From Ascidiella aspersa (lineage: Eukaryota): 64,000 nt of DNA. The translations under genes and the position numbers were made by a program. The notes beneath the pieces are model-generated. The model saw nothing but the letters and a program-made list of their open reading frames with translations. It had not been told where the DNA came from and made no database searches. Of the stretch, positions 26,811-64,000 are shown piece after piece. The stretch is from contig OZ004615.1 of NCBI GenBank assembly GCA_963924565.1, positions 15,066,001-15,130,000 on the forward strand. The letters are read 5' to 3'. How positions within the stretch are numbered: the first letter of the stretch is position 1; the number at the start of each line of letters is the position of its first letter.

Positions 26811-27243
26811 TCTAACTAACTCTAACTAACTCTAACTAACTCTAACTAACTCTAACTAACTCTAACTAACTCTAACTAACTCTAACTAACTCTAACTAAC
26901 TCTAACTAACTCTAACTAACTCTAACTAACTCTAACTAACTCTAACTAACTCTAACTAACTCTAACTAACTCTAACTAACTCTAACTAACTCTAACTAAC
27001 TCTAACTAACTCTAACTAACTCTAACTAACTCTAACTAACTCTAACTAACTCTAACTAACTCTAACTAACTCTAACTAACTCTAACTAACTCTAACTAAC
27101 TCTAACTAACTCTAACTAACTCTAACTAACTCTAACTAACTCTAACTAACTCTAACTAACTCTAACTAACTCTAACTAACTCTAACTGACTCTAAGTAAC
27201 TTAAATTAACTAACTTTAACTCTAACCCTAACTTTAACTCTAA
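26811..27243. repeat. Perfect 10-bp minisatellite (TCTAACTAAC)x37 with a degenerate telomere-like tail
   Basis: 37 identical units at 26811-27180, then TCTAACTGAC/TAACCC/TAACTT variants to 27243. Confidence 0.97.
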
Positions 27244-27872
27244 AAAGGATATAATTTCCCTTTTTTTAAATGGTAACTTGTCAGCGAAATGTTGCGACAT
27301 TATTCAAATTACATTTTTTGCAAACTTTAACCAGAAATATGATGAAAAAAATATCTCACTTCCTAAATTTTTGCCCTATAGCTGACAGATACCAACAGTC
27401 CAAACAAATCGTTTACTAAAATAATCTAAATACCACTATTTGAGAAATGTGCTTTTTTTAATGTTCCAAATGCGCCCAAAACTGATCAATCGCCCTAAGA
27501 ACACTTCCAAACATTATATTCACGCATGAGACGATCGTGTTTAACAACAAATGTTAAATCTGAAATTATTGATGAATATATTAAACCTTCGATTAAATTA
27601 AAAGCTGAAAGATCAAAATATTTCTAATCATGTCATTATAAAAGTTTATTTACTTTAGGTTCTCTGCTGCTTCAAAGAAAATAATTAAACTTTTCAAAAT
27701 AACTATAAGAACTTATTAATGACCAACTTTGACCACAAGGGGAAAGTCTAAAGAATATTTGCTCAAATTTGAAGTCATTGTCGTCTTTTACGTGTAAGGA
27801 AGAGGAGATATCTTTATATTTTACACATTCAGTTTACCATTGCAAGATTGTCATATTAATTTGGGCCAATAG

Positions 27873-28228
27873 AAATATTAAAGCCATTATATTTAATAAA
27901 ATCGACATTTTGCTGTTACAAACGTTTCGACAATACCTCATTCCATCATCAGTGTGAAAAAGTGAAGATAAAAACCCTAAAACATGCCCAAAAGAATAAG
28001 GACAAAAGTAAAACGAAAAGAAGACGATTTATAGGTCAGTAAGTAGCACTAAGTGTTAAAAAGATACAAAGGTGCTGAGGTGGTATGATGTTTTTGTCCT
28101 TTTTCTTTTGAGCGTGCCTTAACCTTTTTATGTTCAGTTATTTTTACACTGATGATGGCATGAGGTATTGCCGAAACGTTTGTTACTGCAATATGTCGCT
28201 TTTATCGAATATATTGTCTTCAATATTT
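27873..28228. mobile_element. Foldback element with a hammerhead-ribozyme-like core in each arm (possibly Penelope-derived)
   Basis: About 135-bp diverged inverted arms. The plus strand at 28149-28180 reads CTGATGA-T-GGCA-TGAGGTAT-TGCC-GAAAC-GTT, and its mirror lies at about 27921-27952 on the minus strand. Confidence 0.6.
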
Positions 28229-29017
28229 TTATTGAAATTATTAAAAAAATTGTGGATTTTGTTCCAAAATTTTGACCAAATTTTGTTGTTATAGTCTGTG
28301 TTAAAATTACCTTTTGACCTGATAAAGTTTTCCAATGCAAGTAACCTGATTATTCACCAACGAGGTGCCTTTGATTCAGGCGCTCAAAAACATTTTATCA
28401 AACTATGTTATACACAAAATTCGTCGTGCAGAAAACAACATTGGAAACTTTTTGCTTTTTCAAGATTTAGCCCCTACCAACTTTCGATAAAGTTTTAGTG
28501 TCACACGTGTCGGATCATGGACGAAGGGTAGATTCTCGTCATTACTTTTTTTCTGGAAAGTTCTCACCCGGACACGACCTTTCTGGATAGCAGCCTACAG
28601 TCCTGTGTAAAGGAGCTTGATCCATCAACGACATGGTCTTTCTCGCGACCGGGGCAATTAATAGGCGGCATTGTGATTTTTGCGGTGTCGCGTTTATCCG
28701 GGTGCGCGAAACTTGTGGTGCTTTATTAATCGCAGCCGGCGTTGCGCTTTCATTCGTCGTGGTTGTGCAAATACGGACACGGCGGCGATTAATGGCTTTA
28801 GCCAACCCCTCCTGGCGACTATGGCCGATGACGCACTCAGGCGCGATTCGGCAATAACACCAATCCTCACGATTGCATACATTAGCGTCGCGAAAAGGCA
28901 CACAAAGTTCGCTCGGGATTGAGGGATCTCTCTCTTATCGTTTTCCTGGATCGGGTCGCGGAACAAGTCAAGACTAGCGGACGCACAATTGAAATCAATC
29001 AACACGGCTCGCAAGTT

Positions 29018-29036
29018 CCGCCCCAGCTTATATAAA
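29018..29036 (+). promoter_or_regulatory. Mucin core promoter: GC box and TATA box
   Basis: CCGCCCC at 29018-29024 and TATATAAA at 29029-29036, about 150 bp upstream of the signal-peptide ATG at 29184. Confidence 0.65.
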
Positions 29037-29183
29037 GCGACATTCGCGCCGCCCATCGACAGAGATTTTTCTCGCCTTTTCACCAAGAGTTAAGAAAATT
29101 TACCAGGGAACGTTTTCTTTCGAGGAACTTTCCAGGAGTTGTAAGTTGTTGTCGTCGTGTGTTTGCGCGATCGAGGAGGCAAC

Positions 29184-64000
<34,817 letters not shown>

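Noticed and set aside
26811-27243. True telomere
   Set aside because: The array is interstitial between intact genes and the unit is not TTAGGG.
28542-29086. Four overlapping ORFs of 74-130 aa
   Set aside because: They have no recognisable domains or splice support and coincide with the GC-rich mucin promoter region.

Overview
This is a eukaryotic, AT-rich, intron-dense window from an invertebrate; a tunicate/ascidian origin is plausible but inferred. Three spliced genes were reconstructed by hand, with exon phases consistent throughout. (1) A secreted CUB + Thr/Pro linker + chymotrypsin/elastase-type S1 serine protease (minus strand, 10 exons, about 487 aa). (2) PSME3/PA28-gamma (minus strand, 7 coding exons, about 257 aa). 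(3) A giant gel-forming mucin (plus strand, at least 41 exons, >4,500 aa, running off the window). Its architecture is signal peptide, sushi-like module, D1-D2-D'-D3, four CysD domains with PTS linkers, then one >7.7-kb exon of 876-bp tandem repeats. Each repeat encodes four 4-Cys modules that look like VWF E modules lacking one disulfide, strung between Ser/Thr/Pro/Glu linkers, and the array shows a 4-unit higher-order period. Non-coding DNA holds hAT-type and TA-flanked MITEs, a doubly nested foldback, a perfect (TCTAACTAAC)x37 array and a local 448-bp duplication bracketed by a 26-bp direct repeat. Two foldback elements carry hammerhead-ribozyme-like cores (CUGAUGA...GAAAC) of the Penelope-associated type. 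Most ORFs in the supplied track are exon fragments or antisense shadows.
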